The notes beneath the pieces are model-generated. The model ran no database searches and was not told the origin of the DNA. It saw only the letters and a list, made by a program, of their open reading frames with translations. A stretch of DNA of 64,000 bases from an uncultured Bacteroidaceae bacterium. Lineage in GTDB: Bacteria > Bacteroidota > Bacteroidia > Bacteroidales > Bacteroidaceae. The stretch spans positions 13-64,012 of the forward strand of contig CAYYEL010000004.1 in NCBI GenBank assembly GCA_964470845.1, in the 5' to 3' direction. Below, one piece after another: positions 38,272 through 47,776 of the stretch. Each line of letters starts with the position of its first letter. Positions within the stretch are counted from its first letter, which is position 1. The translations under genes were made by a program, and so were the position numbers.

Positions 38272-39945
38272 TTATTTGTACATAAATCTTTTTATACTCA
38301 GTTTGGGAGTCTTTTCAAAGGGCTCTTTCATTATTTCGCAGGCTGTAATTTTGCTGTATGCGGGTAGTTTGCTGTTGAGCGAGAATACATTTTTCTCTAT
38401 CTCTTCTTTTAGCTCGTCGGCGCTTATGTTGGCTTCGGCTGCGGCGTCGTTGTTGGGAACCACAAGCGCCACAATGCCGTGCTTGCGCCCCACAATTAGA
38501 GACTCTTGGACGTAGGGCAGCTGATTTACAAGTTCTTCAATCTCCTCGGGGTAGATATTCTGTCCGTTGGCGGTGAGAATCATATTCTTGCAACGTCCGC
38601 GAATGACAACATTCTCTTTGACGTCCATTGTACCCATATCTCCGGTTCTGAACCAACCATCTTGGGTAAAGGCAGCCCTTGTTGCCTCTTCGTTCTTATA
38701 ATAGCCGGTTGTAACAGCGTCACCCTTAAGCAATATCTCGCCGGGAACGTCGGCCGGATTCTCCGAGTCGATGCGCACGTCAACCGACGGATGGGCAACA
38801 GCGCCGCAAGTGTGTGGTATAAAATCTTGCCAACGTGTATATGTTACCAATGGGGCGCACTCTGTCATTCCGTAACCCACGACATAAGGGAATTTTATCT
38901 GCTGCATCACACTCTCGACCTCTTTATTTATGGCTGCACCTCCAATGAGCAATCCTCCCTGCTCGATATTCCCTCCAAAAACATCAAGTAGTTTGCTTCG
39001 TACCTTATTTAATATATATCCTCGCACTCCGGGAATTGCAAGCATTATGCGCATTGATGTTTTTGCAAGCACCGGCATAACCTTAAGACGGAAAATTTTC
39101 TCTACTAACAGAGGTACTGTGAGGAACATAAAAGGCTTAACCTCGGAAAGTGCCTTGAGAAGGCGTGCCGGAATAGGCTTTTCGGTATAAATGTATATGT
39201 GGCAACCTTTTGAGAATGGGAATATAAAGTCGAAGGCTTGTCCGAAGATGTGAGCCAAAGGCAATATTGACAATATTGTATATCCCTGACGGGCATACAT
39301 ATGCGAACGAGCATATTCAAGGTTGGCCGATATTGCGCGTGCCGGCAGAATCACTCCCTTGGGCGAGCTGCTTGTTCCCGATGTATAGCTTATTACCGAG
39401 ACTGCATCCAAATTACTCTTTGAATAATCTATATGCTTGGGGGTTACTCCATTGGGATAACGTGTCTTAAAAGCCTTGTTGGCAAGCTCGACTGCATCTG
39501 TTACGACACCTTTGCACTCGGCAAAGGGCTCGATTCTTGCAATATTTATAAGTCCGCAAAAACCCTCAATATTCTCGAATCCCGAAAGTACTTTACAACG
39601 TTTCAATCCGTTAAATATCGAATTATCCGACAGCAACATACGGCTGTCCGATAATTTTGTGAGGTCTAAAATATTTTGTGGCAGAAAATCGGGTAACAAA
39701 GGCACTGCAACGGCATCGTACGTTACAATGGCAAAATAGGCCACACACCACTCGGCCGAGTTGCGTGCGCACAAAGCTATCTTTTCGCCCTTGGCAATAC
39801 CGCATTTTTCGAATAATATGTGGTATCTCTCGATATACGATGCTACATCGCCGTATGTCAAAGTATTTGCACCGTAATTTGTAAGTGCCGGTGCGCTCCA
39901 ATTTTCTTTTATAGACTCGCTTATATACGATAAAAAGTGTTTCAT
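38272..39945 (-). CDS. AMP-dependent acyl-CoA synthetase/ligase, paralog 2
   Basis: 557 aa with the motifs YTSGTSSSPKG, GYGMTE, RTGDMG and GRCKNMI. Confidence 0.85.
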   Translation of the reverse strand: MKHFLSYISESIKENWSAPALTNYGANTLTYGDVASYIERYHILFEKCGIAKGEKIALCARNSAEWCVAYFAIVTYDAVAVPLLPDFLPQNILDLTKLSDSRMLLSDNSIFNGLKRCKVLSGFENIEGFCGLINIARIEPFAECKGVVTDAVELANKAFKTRYPNGVTPKHIDYSKSNLDAVSVISYTSGTSSSPKGVILPARAISANLEYARSHMYARQGYTILSILPLAHIFGQAFDFIFPFSKGCHIYIYTEKPIPARLLKALSEVKPFMFLTVPLLVEKIFRLKVMPVLAKTSMRIMLAIPGVRGYILNKVRSKLLDVFGGNIEQGGLLIGGAAINKEVESVMQQIKFPYVVGYGMTECAPLVTYTRWQDFIPHTCGAVAHPSVDVRIDSENPADVPGEILLKGDAVTTGYYKNEEATRAAFTQDGWFRTGDMGTMDVKENVVIRGRCKNMILTANGQNIYPEEIEELVNQLPYVQESLIVGRKHGIVALVVPNNDAAAEANISADELKEEIEKNVFSLNSKLPAYSKITACEIMKEPFEKTPKLSIKRFMYK

Positions 39946-39955
39946 TATTATAGTG

Positions 39956-41635
39956 TTATTGATACATAAATCTTTTTATACTCAGTTTGGGTGTCTTTTC
40001 AAAAGGCTCGTCGCGTAACTCGCACTTTGCAATGCGACTGTACAGAGGGAGCTGCTCGTTAATTGCAAAGATGGCATCTTCGATACTTTTCTTAAGCTCA
40101 TCACCTGCGAGCGATTGTTCCTTGGCTGCATCCTGATTGACAACCACAAGCGCCACAAGGCCGTGTTTACGCCCGACAACCAATGATTCAAGCACCAAAG
40201 GCAGACTGTTGATAATCTCTTCAATCTCCTCGGGGTAGATATTCTGACCGTTGGCGGTGAGAATCATATTCTTGCAACGTCCGCGAATTATTACATACTC
40301 GTTAGCGTCCATTGTGCCCATATCTCCGGTCTTGAACCAACCATCATCGGTGTAAGCAGCCTTTGTAGCTTCGGGATTTTTGTAATATCCGGCTGTTACG
40401 TGTGTACCGCGTACCTGTATCTCACCCGGAATCTCGGCAGGACTTGACGAGTCGATGCGCACCTCAATATCGGGGCGTATAATTCCTGCGTCGTTCTTCA
40501 GTGCAGGGTGATTCCATCCTTTGTAGCTTATGAGAGGGCCACACTCGGTCATTCCGTAGCCAACAGCATAAGGTATCTTAACTTTACGCATAATATCGTC
40601 AACATCTTTGCTTATTGCAGCTCCACCGATAAAAAAACCCGATATGTGCAGATTGCTACCAAAAGCATCAAGCACTGTTTTTCTAATCTTCTTATATATA
40701 AGGTTACGTACACCGGGAATTGCTGTCAGGAAACGCATTGCGGGCTTACGCAATACGGGTATAACCTTTGCACGAAAGATTTTTTCAATGAGCAACGGTA
40801 CAGTGAGGAAAAGGAAAGGCTTAACCTCGCCGAGCGCTTTCAGTAATAGTGCCGGTACAGGCTTTGCGCTGAAAATATGTATGTGGCAACCTTTTGAGAA
40901 CATAAACAAAAAGTCGAGCGACAGACCGAAAATATGTGCTAAAGGCAGTATCGAGAACGTATTTCCGTTGGGTACTGTGGGCACATAATCGCGTGCAAAT
41001 CGTATGTTTCCCGAGAGCGACTTTGACTGAAGCATTACACCTTTAGGGGCACTGCTTGTACCCGAAGTATAGCTTATGAGTGCAAGGTCGTCGAGCGCTT
41101 CGCTGCCCTTGCTGTAATCGACATCCTCGGCTTTCAATCCATTGGGGTAACGAGTCGAGAATGTATCCTCGACATATTTCCCAACACCTTTCAGATTTCC
41201 GCCATCAAGCTCAATTTTACCATTTATAAAGTTTATTATTCCGCAAAAGTCCTTAACATCTTTAAATTGTTCGAAAATACCGTTACGGGCAAAGCTGCCG
41301 GCAACACCTTTATCAAGCAATAGCAGACGACTATCCGACAATTTTGTAAGGTCGGCAAGATTTTGCGGTAAAAAATCGGCCAACAGAGGTACTGCCACGG
41401 CATCGTACGTTACAATTCCCAAAAATACGATACACCACTCAGCAGAGTTTTTTGCACTGATAGCTATCTTATCACCCTTCTTAATACCACATTTCTCAAA
41501 AAGTATGTGCATTTTTTCGACTCCTTCGGCTATCTGCCCATAAGTATAGGTATTTGCGCCATAGTTTGTTATCGCCGGACTATTCCAATTAGATTTTATA
41601 GCCTCGCTGATGTGGGTCAAATAATGTATCAACAT
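39956..41635 (-). CDS. AMP-dependent acyl-CoA synthetase/ligase, paralog 3
   Basis: 559 aa with the motifs YTSGTSSAPKG, GYGMTE, KTGDMG and GRCKNMI. It lies 10 bp upstream of paralog 2. Confidence 0.85.
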   Translation of the reverse strand: MLIHYLTHISEAIKSNWNSPAITNYGANTYTYGQIAEGVEKMHILFEKCGIKKGDKIAISAKNSAEWCIVFLGIVTYDAVAVPLLADFLPQNLADLTKLSDSRLLLLDKGVAGSFARNGIFEQFKDVKDFCGIINFINGKIELDGGNLKGVGKYVEDTFSTRYPNGLKAEDVDYSKGSEALDDLALISYTSGTSSAPKGVMLQSKSLSGNIRFARDYVPTVPNGNTFSILPLAHIFGLSLDFLFMFSKGCHIHIFSAKPVPALLLKALGEVKPFLFLTVPLLIEKIFRAKVIPVLRKPAMRFLTAIPGVRNLIYKKIRKTVLDAFGSNLHISGFFIGGAAISKDVDDIMRKVKIPYAVGYGMTECGPLISYKGWNHPALKNDAGIIRPDIEVRIDSSSPAEIPGEIQVRGTHVTAGYYKNPEATKAAYTDDGWFKTGDMGTMDANEYVIIRGRCKNMILTANGQNIYPEEIEEIINSLPLVLESLVVGRKHGLVALVVVNQDAAKEQSLAGDELKKSIEDAIFAINEQLPLYSRIAKCELRDEPFEKTPKLSIKRFMYQ

Positions 41636-42013
41636 AATAATAGTTTTTTTGGGATTATTGATTGTTTTGATTGTTAGATTCTCGTAGTAAATTCACGTCT
41701 TTTATTGTGCTTGTCATTATAAATTATGTACAAAAATGAGGTTTATTTTTCAATTTTCCGATTTTAGGCGATATTAACCCTTTTGCAGTGGTAAAAATAG
41801 ATATACAGTGGCTAAATCCTGTATATTGTGGCGAATTTTAGATTGCAAAAATCGAAATTCCCCTGTTTTAATCGATAAAATGAGTGCCATTTTAAAATCT
41901 GCAGAGCACAGGAAGGCTACAGCAAAAAAGAGGTCGAACAAGGCTCCAAGAAGCGAATTCCGAGGGAAAAATAAAAAAAACCTTGAAAAGTTATGAAAAT
42001 TAAATAATACGTG

Positions 42014-42021
42014 TAACTTTG
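42014..42021 (+). promoter_or_regulatory. -7 box TAacTTTG for the carboxyltransferase gene
   Basis: Exact TAnnTTTG match 71 nt upstream of the ATG at 42092. Confidence 0.4.
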
Positions 42022-42091
42022 CCACAAAGAAAATAAATAATTTGAGGCACAGATGGTACACTACTCTGTGTTAAACTAAAATTTTCAGACT

Positions 42092-43867
42092 ATGGAAAGA
42101 GAGATAAAATTCAGTTTGGTTTATCGTGATATGTTTCAGTCGTCGGGTAAATTCCAACCGTTGGCCGAGCAGTTAGAAAAAATTGCCCCTGTCATTGTCG
42201 AGATGGGCTGCTTTGCTCGTGTCGAGACCAATGGTGGTGCTTTCGAGCAAGTTAATCTTATGGCCGGCGAGAATCCCAACAAGGCAGTACGCAGCTTTAC
42301 CAAGACTTTCAACGAGGCGGGTATTCAGACACATATGCTCGACCGTGCGCTTAACGCGCTTAGAATGTTCCCCGTTCCGGCCGACGTGCGCCGCCTTATG
42401 TATAAAGTAAAAAAGGCACAAGGAACCGATATTACGCGAATTTTCTGCGGACTTAATGATGTTCGCAACATAATACCGTCAATAAAATATGCACTCGAAG
42501 CCGGTATGATTCCGCAGGCTACATTGTGTATAACATCCTCGCCCGTACACACTGTCGAGTATTACAGCAATATGGCCGACGAGTTAATAGCAGCAGGTGC
42601 AGCCGAAATTTGTTTAAAAGATATGGCGGGAATCGGTCGCCCCGACTTTTTGGGACGCCTCACTAAGAGTATAAAAGAGAAACACCCCTCCATTATTATA
42701 CAGTACCACGGACACAGCGGCCCCGGCCTCTCAATGGCCTCGATTATCGAGGTGTGCAAGAATGGTTGCGACATAATTGACACAGCCATAGAGCCACTGT
42801 CTTGGGGAAAGGTTCACCCCGATATTATAAGTGTCCAAGCGATGCTCAAGGACGCCGGATTCAAAGTACCCGAGATAAATATGAACGCCTATATGAAGGC
42901 CCGCAGCTTGACACAGCAATTCATTGACGAATGGATGGGACACTTTATGGACAACAACAACAAATTGATGAGTTCGTTGTTGCTCACAAGCGGCCTTCCC
43001 GGTGGAATGATGGGTTCTATGATGTCCGACCTTGCCGGTGTACACAAAGGAATCAACGGTATTCTCGCAAGCAAAGGCAAGCCCACATACACACTCGACG
43101 AGCTAATGGTCGAGCTATTCAACGAGGTTGCTTACGTGTGGCCGCGCGTGGGCTATCCCCCACTCGTTACCCCATTCAGTCAATATGTAAAGAACATTGC
43201 ACTGATGAACCTGCTGAGTAACGCACAGGACGAGCCACGCTTCAGCCGTATGGACGAGAGTATGTGGGGAATGATATTAGGTAAGAGCGGTAAACTGCCC
43301 GGCGAGCTTGCCCCCGAAATCATAGCTCTTGCCAAGGAAAAAGGTTACGAATTTACAACCGAAGACCCGCAAAGTTTCTACCCCGATGCCCTTGACAAAT
43401 ACCGTAAGGAGATGCAAGAACTTGGTTGGGACACAGGAGAGGACGACGAAGAGCTTTTCGAGTTTGCAATGCACGACCGTCAGTACCGCGACTTTAGAAG
43501 CGGTGTTGCCAAGGAACGCTTCCTTGCCGACATAGAAAAGGCCAAAGAGGCTCAGCTTGCCAAGCAAGGTGTCAGTGCCGAAGAGATTCTTGCCATCAAA
43601 CACGCAAAGGCCGACCCGATTGTCGCACCCGTCAAAGGCCAGCTATTGTGGGAAGTTGCAGCCGAGGGCGAGTCGCTGCCACCCACAATAGGCAAACGCT
43701 TCGCAGCCGACGAAGAATTTTGTACCATCATCACCTCGTGGGGCGAGCTTCAGCCCGTTGCGACAGGCCTCGGTGGCCGCGTTGTCGAGGTGTGCGCAAA
43801 GCAGGGAGCACAAGTAAACCGCGGTGATATTATTGCCTACGTTCAGCGCGACGAGTTGTTTAACTAA
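42092..43867 (+). CDS. Carboxyltransferase (oxaloacetate decarboxylase alpha / pyruvate carboxylase subunit B-like) with a C-terminal biotinyl/lipoyl-like domain lacking the MKM lysine
   Basis: 591 aa with HMGL-like/5S carboxyltransferase motifs (CLKDMAGI, QYHGHSGPG). The C-terminal about 70 aa fold-like domain ends in GDIIAYV but has no (A/V)MKM motif. Confidence 0.75.
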   Translation: MEREIKFSLVYRDMFQSSGKFQPLAEQLEKIAPVIVEMGCFARVETNGGAFEQVNLMAGENPNKAVRSFTKTFNEAGIQTHMLDRALNALRMFPVPADVRRLMYKVKKAQGTDITRIFCGLNDVRNIIPSIKYALEAGMIPQATLCITSSPVHTVEYYSNMADELIAAGAAEICLKDMAGIGRPDFLGRLTKSIKEKHPSIIIQYHGHSGPGLSMASIIEVCKNGCDIIDTAIEPLSWGKVHPDIISVQAMLKDAGFKVPEINMNAYMKARSLTQQFIDEWMGHFMDNNNKLMSSLLLTSGLPGGMMGSMMSDLAGVHKGINGILASKGKPTYTLDELMVELFNEVAYVWPRVGYPPLVTPFSQYVKNIALMNLLSNAQDEPRFSRMDESMWGMILGKSGKLPGELAPEIIALAKEKGYEFTTEDPQSFYPDALDKYRKEMQELGWDTGEDDEELFEFAMHDRQYRDFRSGVAKERFLADIEKAKEAQLAKQGVSAEEILAIKHAKADPIVAPVKGQLLWEVAAEGESLPPTIGKRFAADEEFCTIITSWGELQPVATGLGGRVVEVCAKQGAQVNRGDIIAYVQRDELFN

Positions 43868-44064
43868 ACAGAGGGAATAAAAAGTAGAATTAAGGCCGAT
43901 TCATAGGTAATATTCACAACATCCCCCCGTTAGAAAATACACTCTATCGGGGGGATGCTATCTAAAAATAGAGTTTTATAGTTGTACTCATTTTATTATC
44001 CAAAATTTCAAAAGGCGACTTCAAAAAAAGAGAAAGAAAGCATCGTACTTATTAGGCATTACAC

Positions 44065-44940
44065 TCACTCTTTAGGAAAAGTGCGAGCCGTAATGTGGAA
44101 ACAAGCCTGTTTCTTCTCGTGCTTAATATAGCAGCAGCCTTGCAATTTAAGGTCGCGCAAAACCTCGGCAAGCACATTTTTCAGCACACCTGTTTTATCA
44201 ATCTCCTCGCCATACTCCGAAAAGAAGCGTTTGTAAGTAATATCTATTGTTGTTCCGAAGCAATGAGCCGAGTTTTTTGACGAATTTACATTGTTACGCC
44301 CCAATCGCTTAACATCACTCTGCGTACGCAATACCGATGTAGCGATTATTTTGTGGGGTGAGAGATGTTTCATCACCAAAGAGTCCTGAAAATTCTCGCC
44401 GATGCGTTTAAGGAGTGCTGCCGCCTCGGGGACAAGGAAAGGAATCGAATGAGTAAGTTCATCTACAATGTAAGCATTAGTATCGTTTATCTCGACCAAC
44501 TCGCGTGTAGCCTTATGCACTGCCTCGCGATTATCCAGCGGCCCGATACCTATTTTGCGTGCTGCGGCAAGATGCGTATCATTAAGGTCGTTAAAGTATT
44601 TTCTTATACTTGCACCGCGCACCTTATGTTTAACCTCGGGGCGCTGCACGCGAGGAACATAGTTAAACACGTATGGTGGACGCTCCTCAACAACCTCAGA
44701 CTGCGTCTCTGCCTCACTATCGCAGCTGCGAAGCGTAAAAAACAGTGCTATAGGCACTATAATAGTTGCTGACACTGCCCACATTGTTCGAGCCGACACA
44801 CCGGCTACGCGTGGCAATGGGAGGCATTTTGCAAGCCTCACAATATCGCGCAACAGACGCTGCACGGCTATCCACAGAAGTTTAAAATCGTCTTTTAGGT
44901 CGCGCAGTGCATCCTCTCTCCTATTATCCGAATTGTTCAT
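44065..44940 (-). CDS. Membrane-anchored hypothetical protein, possibly LAS/M15 (VanY-like) peptidase fold (DUF5715-like)
   Basis: 291 aa with one N-terminal TM. SVLRTQSDVKRL ... SAHCFGTTIDI ... CYIKHE resembles the SxxR / HxxGxAxD / H zinc-ligand pattern. Confidence 0.4.
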   Translation of the reverse strand: MNNSDNRREDALRDLKDDFKLLWIAVQRLLRDIVRLAKCLPLPRVAGVSARTMWAVSATIIVPIALFFTLRSCDSEAETQSEVVEERPPYVFNYVPRVQRPEVKHKVRGASIRKYFNDLNDTHLAAARKIGIGPLDNREAVHKATRELVEINDTNAYIVDELTHSIPFLVPEAAALLKRIGENFQDSLVMKHLSPHKIIATSVLRTQSDVKRLGRNNVNSSKNSAHCFGTTIDITYKRFFSEYGEEIDKTGVLKNVLAEVLRDLKLQGCCYIKHEKKQACFHITARTFPKE

Positions 44941-45024
44941 TATTTATTTTGTGATTTGGTAGTTGTTTAAATTTCTAAAGAATATCTTTCTTGTGCGAAG
45001 ATACAAAAAAAATTCTGACATTTT

Positions 45025-45124
45025 AGAAGCTGTTTGAATTTATATTGCCTATTTTATATATTCAAAAATGGCGGAACATACGGCTTTTATAAGATAACAT
45101 ATTTTATAAATTCAAACAGTTTCT
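45025..45124. repeat. 20-bp inverted repeat (19/20) flanking 60 bp; both arms belong to the AGAAGCTGTTT(A/G)AATTT repeat family
   Basis: agaagctgtttgaatttata (45025-45044) and tataaattcaaacagtttct (45105-45124). The right arm abuts the hydF stop codon. Confidence 0.65.
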
Positions 45125-46314
45125 CAATAAACCACCCTATCCAATATGCCGGTAAGTGCCGCAATTGCAATTCCGTAATTTGTTATTGGGACATTTTGCG
45201 CCTTAGCCTGACGCACACGTAAAAGCACGTGCCGACGGGTGAACATACAAGCGCCACAATGTATAATTATGTCATACGATGATAAATCCTCGGGAAAATC
45301 GTTACCCGATACTATATCTATTGTGAGTGCATCGCCCAGACGTTTACGCAGCAGGCGCGGCAGTTTCACACGTCCTATATCCTCGTTCTGTGGAATATGC
45401 GAGCAGGCCTCGACGATAAGAATTTTTGCATCGTGGGGAAGGTTTATAAGAATATCGGCTGCTGCACGGAACGTCTCAATATCGCCTTTGTGGCGTGCCA
45501 TAAGCACCGAAAAAGAGGTTAAACGCGTCTCGGGCGGGGTGAGTGCACGTACCTGCGCAAAAACCTGTGAGTCGGTTATTATAAGCGATGGCGGTGCATT
45601 CAGCCCTGCAAGCATTTGTGGCAATTCTTCGGGAGCACAACAGAGTGCAAGACAATGTTTGTCGAGCAGATTACGCAGTGTCTGCACCTGTGGCTGTATC
45701 AATCGGCCTTTGGGCGCTTGTGCATCTTGTGGCATTACAAGCACCACTGTATCGCCTGCCTTGACAAGCGTATGTGTTATATCTTCGACATTATCGTCGA
45801 GTTTATATATTTGCGCAATGTGTTCGAGAAGTGCCTCAATGCCACTACCCTCGCGCGACGACACGGGCAACACCTCGCAGCCGAGAGTTTTGCTCCACAA
45901 GGGCAAAAGATTTTTATCGCAGTTGTCGTATTTTCCTAAAAGAAAAATTACAGGAATCCCCGATTTTTCAAATCGCTGCTTCCACTGTAACTCGAATCTT
46001 GTATCATCAATATTGTCCGATAGCAGCATTATGGCAAGGTCGATGCGACGGGCTGCCGCTTCGGTGCGTCCGACACGAAGCGATCCAAGCTCGCCGGCAT
46101 CGTCGTATCCGGCAGTGTCGCCAATGACGGCAGCCCCCACTCCCGGCAACTCGATATTTTTCCACACGGTATCGGTTGTTGTTCCTGCATAGTCGCTCAC
46201 GATTGAGACATCCTGACGGGCTATCGCATTTACAAGGCTCGACTTTCCGGCGTTTCGACGACCGAAAATTGCAATATGATAGCGTTGGGCACGAGGTGTG
46301 TTGCTCATAGTCAT
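45124..46314 (-). CDS. hydF: [FeFe]-hydrogenase maturation GTPase HydF
   Basis: 396 aa with the G1 motif GRRNAGKSS, DTAG, and C-terminal cluster ligands EACSH ... HCGAC. Confidence 0.85.
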   Translation of the reverse strand: MTMSNTPRAQRYHIAIFGRRNAGKSSLVNAIARQDVSIVSDYAGTTTDTVWKNIELPGVGAAVIGDTAGYDDAGELGSLRVGRTEAAARRIDLAIMLLSDNIDDTRFELQWKQRFEKSGIPVIFLLGKYDNCDKNLLPLWSKTLGCEVLPVSSREGSGIEALLEHIAQIYKLDDNVEDITHTLVKAGDTVVLVMPQDAQAPKGRLIQPQVQTLRNLLDKHCLALCCAPEELPQMLAGLNAPPSLIITDSQVFAQVRALTPPETRLTSFSVLMARHKGDIETFRAAADILINLPHDAKILIVEACSHIPQNEDIGRVKLPRLLRKRLGDALTIDIVSGNDFPEDLSSYDIIIHCGACMFTRRHVLLRVRQAKAQNVPITNYGIAIAALTGILDRVVY

Positions 46315-46341
46315 CTTAATAATTTAAAAATGCCGTAATAT

Positions 46342-47760
46342 TCAGAATCGAAAATCACGCTCGCCATTCTCTATTGCGTCGAGATATTTCGAGGCTGTGG
46401 CACGTGCACGTTCATTGGGAATATCGTCCAAAAGACGCTTTATCATAGCCTCGCACTTTTCGCGTACAGAGGGTGATGCGTAGTCGTGCATATACTCTTT
46501 GAGTGTCAACAGAGCGTTGGGCAGACAACAATTGGCTATCTGTCCGCTCTTGAGCAACGACATAAAGCGGTCGCCTGTGCGTCCCTCGCGGTAGCAGGCC
46601 GTACAGAAACTGGGGATATGGTCGAGGTCGAGCAGCCAGCCGACAACCTCGTCAAGGGAGCGGTGGTCGGCAACATCGAATTGTGCTGAATTTTCCTCGA
46701 TGCTCTCCTCGTGAACATATCCGCCGACACTTGTGCGCGAACCGCCGCTTATCTGCGAAATTCCAAGTTCGAGCAATCTTGCGCGACACTTTTCGCTCTC
46801 GCGTGTCGATATTATCATTCCTGTGTAAGGAACAGCAATGCGTGTTATTGCAACTATACGGAAGAATATATCATCGGGCACCGCATTTTTAAAATCGGCT
46901 GTATCAATATCATCGGCCATACACAGACGCGGCACACTTATTGTGTGCGGGCCTACACCGTATGTAGCCTCCAAGTGCTCGGCGTGCATAAGCAGGCCTA
47001 CAAAATCGTAACGATAGGTCTCAAGACCGAAAAGCACTCCAATACCCACGTCGTCTATTCCACCCTGCATTGCGCGATCCATTGCCTCGGTGTGATAAGC
47101 ATAGTCGCTTTTCGGGCCGGTTGGGTGCAAAGCCTCGTAATTGGCCTTATTGTATGTCTCTTGAAACAATATGTATGTGCCGATGCCCGCATCGCGCAAA
47201 CGACGATAATTCTCGACCGTTGTCGCAGCAATATTCACATTCACACGACGTATAGCGCCATTTTTGTGTTTTATGCTGTAAATAGTCTTAATGCTTTCCA
47301 AAATATACTCTATTGGATTCTGAAGCGGATGTTCGCCGGCTTCAAGGGCCAAGCGTTTGTGTCCCATATTTTGCAAAGCAACGACCTCGGCGCGTATCTC
47401 CTCTTGCGAGAGTTTCTTGCGACGTATGGTTTTATTTTTGGCGTGATAAGGGCAATAGACGCAACCATTGACACAATAATTCGACAGGTACAGTGGTGCA
47501 AACATTACTATTCTGTTGCCATAAAAGCGATGCTTTATATCGCGTGCAAGGGCGAACATTTCCTCTATCAGGTCGCTTTGATTGCATTCGAGAAGCACGG
47601 CAGCCTCGCGGTGGTTGATGCCTTTACACTCCCGCGCTTTGTCGAGTATCGATTTTATCAGTTCGCGATTATCTTTATTTTGTGCGGCATACTGCATTGT
47701 ATCGCGTATCTCGCTGTCGCAAATAAATTCTTGAGCTATTGTCGATTTTACGTTATACAT
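46342..47760 (-). CDS. hydG: [FeFe]-hydrogenase maturase HydG (radical SAM)
   Basis: 472 aa with the radical-SAM motif CVNGCVYC and the C-terminal CTAC...C cluster motif. Confidence 0.9.
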   Translation of the reverse strand: MYNVKSTIAQEFICDSEIRDTMQYAAQNKDNRELIKSILDKARECKGINHREAAVLLECNQSDLIEEMFALARDIKHRFYGNRIVMFAPLYLSNYCVNGCVYCPYHAKNKTIRRKKLSQEEIRAEVVALQNMGHKRLALEAGEHPLQNPIEYILESIKTIYSIKHKNGAIRRVNVNIAATTVENYRRLRDAGIGTYILFQETYNKANYEALHPTGPKSDYAYHTEAMDRAMQGGIDDVGIGVLFGLETYRYDFVGLLMHAEHLEATYGVGPHTISVPRLCMADDIDTADFKNAVPDDIFFRIVAITRIAVPYTGMIISTRESEKCRARLLELGISQISGGSRTSVGGYVHEESIEENSAQFDVADHRSLDEVVGWLLDLDHIPSFCTACYREGRTGDRFMSLLKSGQIANCCLPNALLTLKEYMHDYASPSVREKCEAMIKRLLDDIPNERARATASKYLDAIENGERDFRF

Positions 47761-47776
47761 ATTTTTCTTTTGTTAT

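Noticed and set aside
36323-41635. Considered whether the triple ligase array is an assembly artefact of a collapsed or expanded repeat.
   Set aside because: The three copies differ at many nucleotide and amino-acid positions and have distinct intergenic regions (275 bp versus 10 bp), so they are genuine paralogs. Only short tracts are near-identical.
45025-45124. Tested whether the inverted repeat near hydF is a Bacteroidales invertible promoter (shufflon-type switch).
   Set aside because: The invertible segment would be only 60 bp with no TAnnTTTG box inside. No tyrosine or serine recombinase gene is nearby, and the arms belong to a dispersed repeat family.
45239-46192. 317-aa ORF on the plus strand opposite hydF. 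Similar long antisense ORFs occur at 46711-47805 (opposite hydG), 30724-31707 (opposite glyA), 33611-34378, 48942-49688, 53381-54172, 20840-21358 and 25941-26408.
   Set aside because: Each lies entirely inside a confidently identified gene on the other strand or in another frame. They have skewed low-complexity composition (Ser/Arg/Cys-rich) and no recognisable motifs. They are shadow ORFs typical of moderately GC-rich coding DNA.
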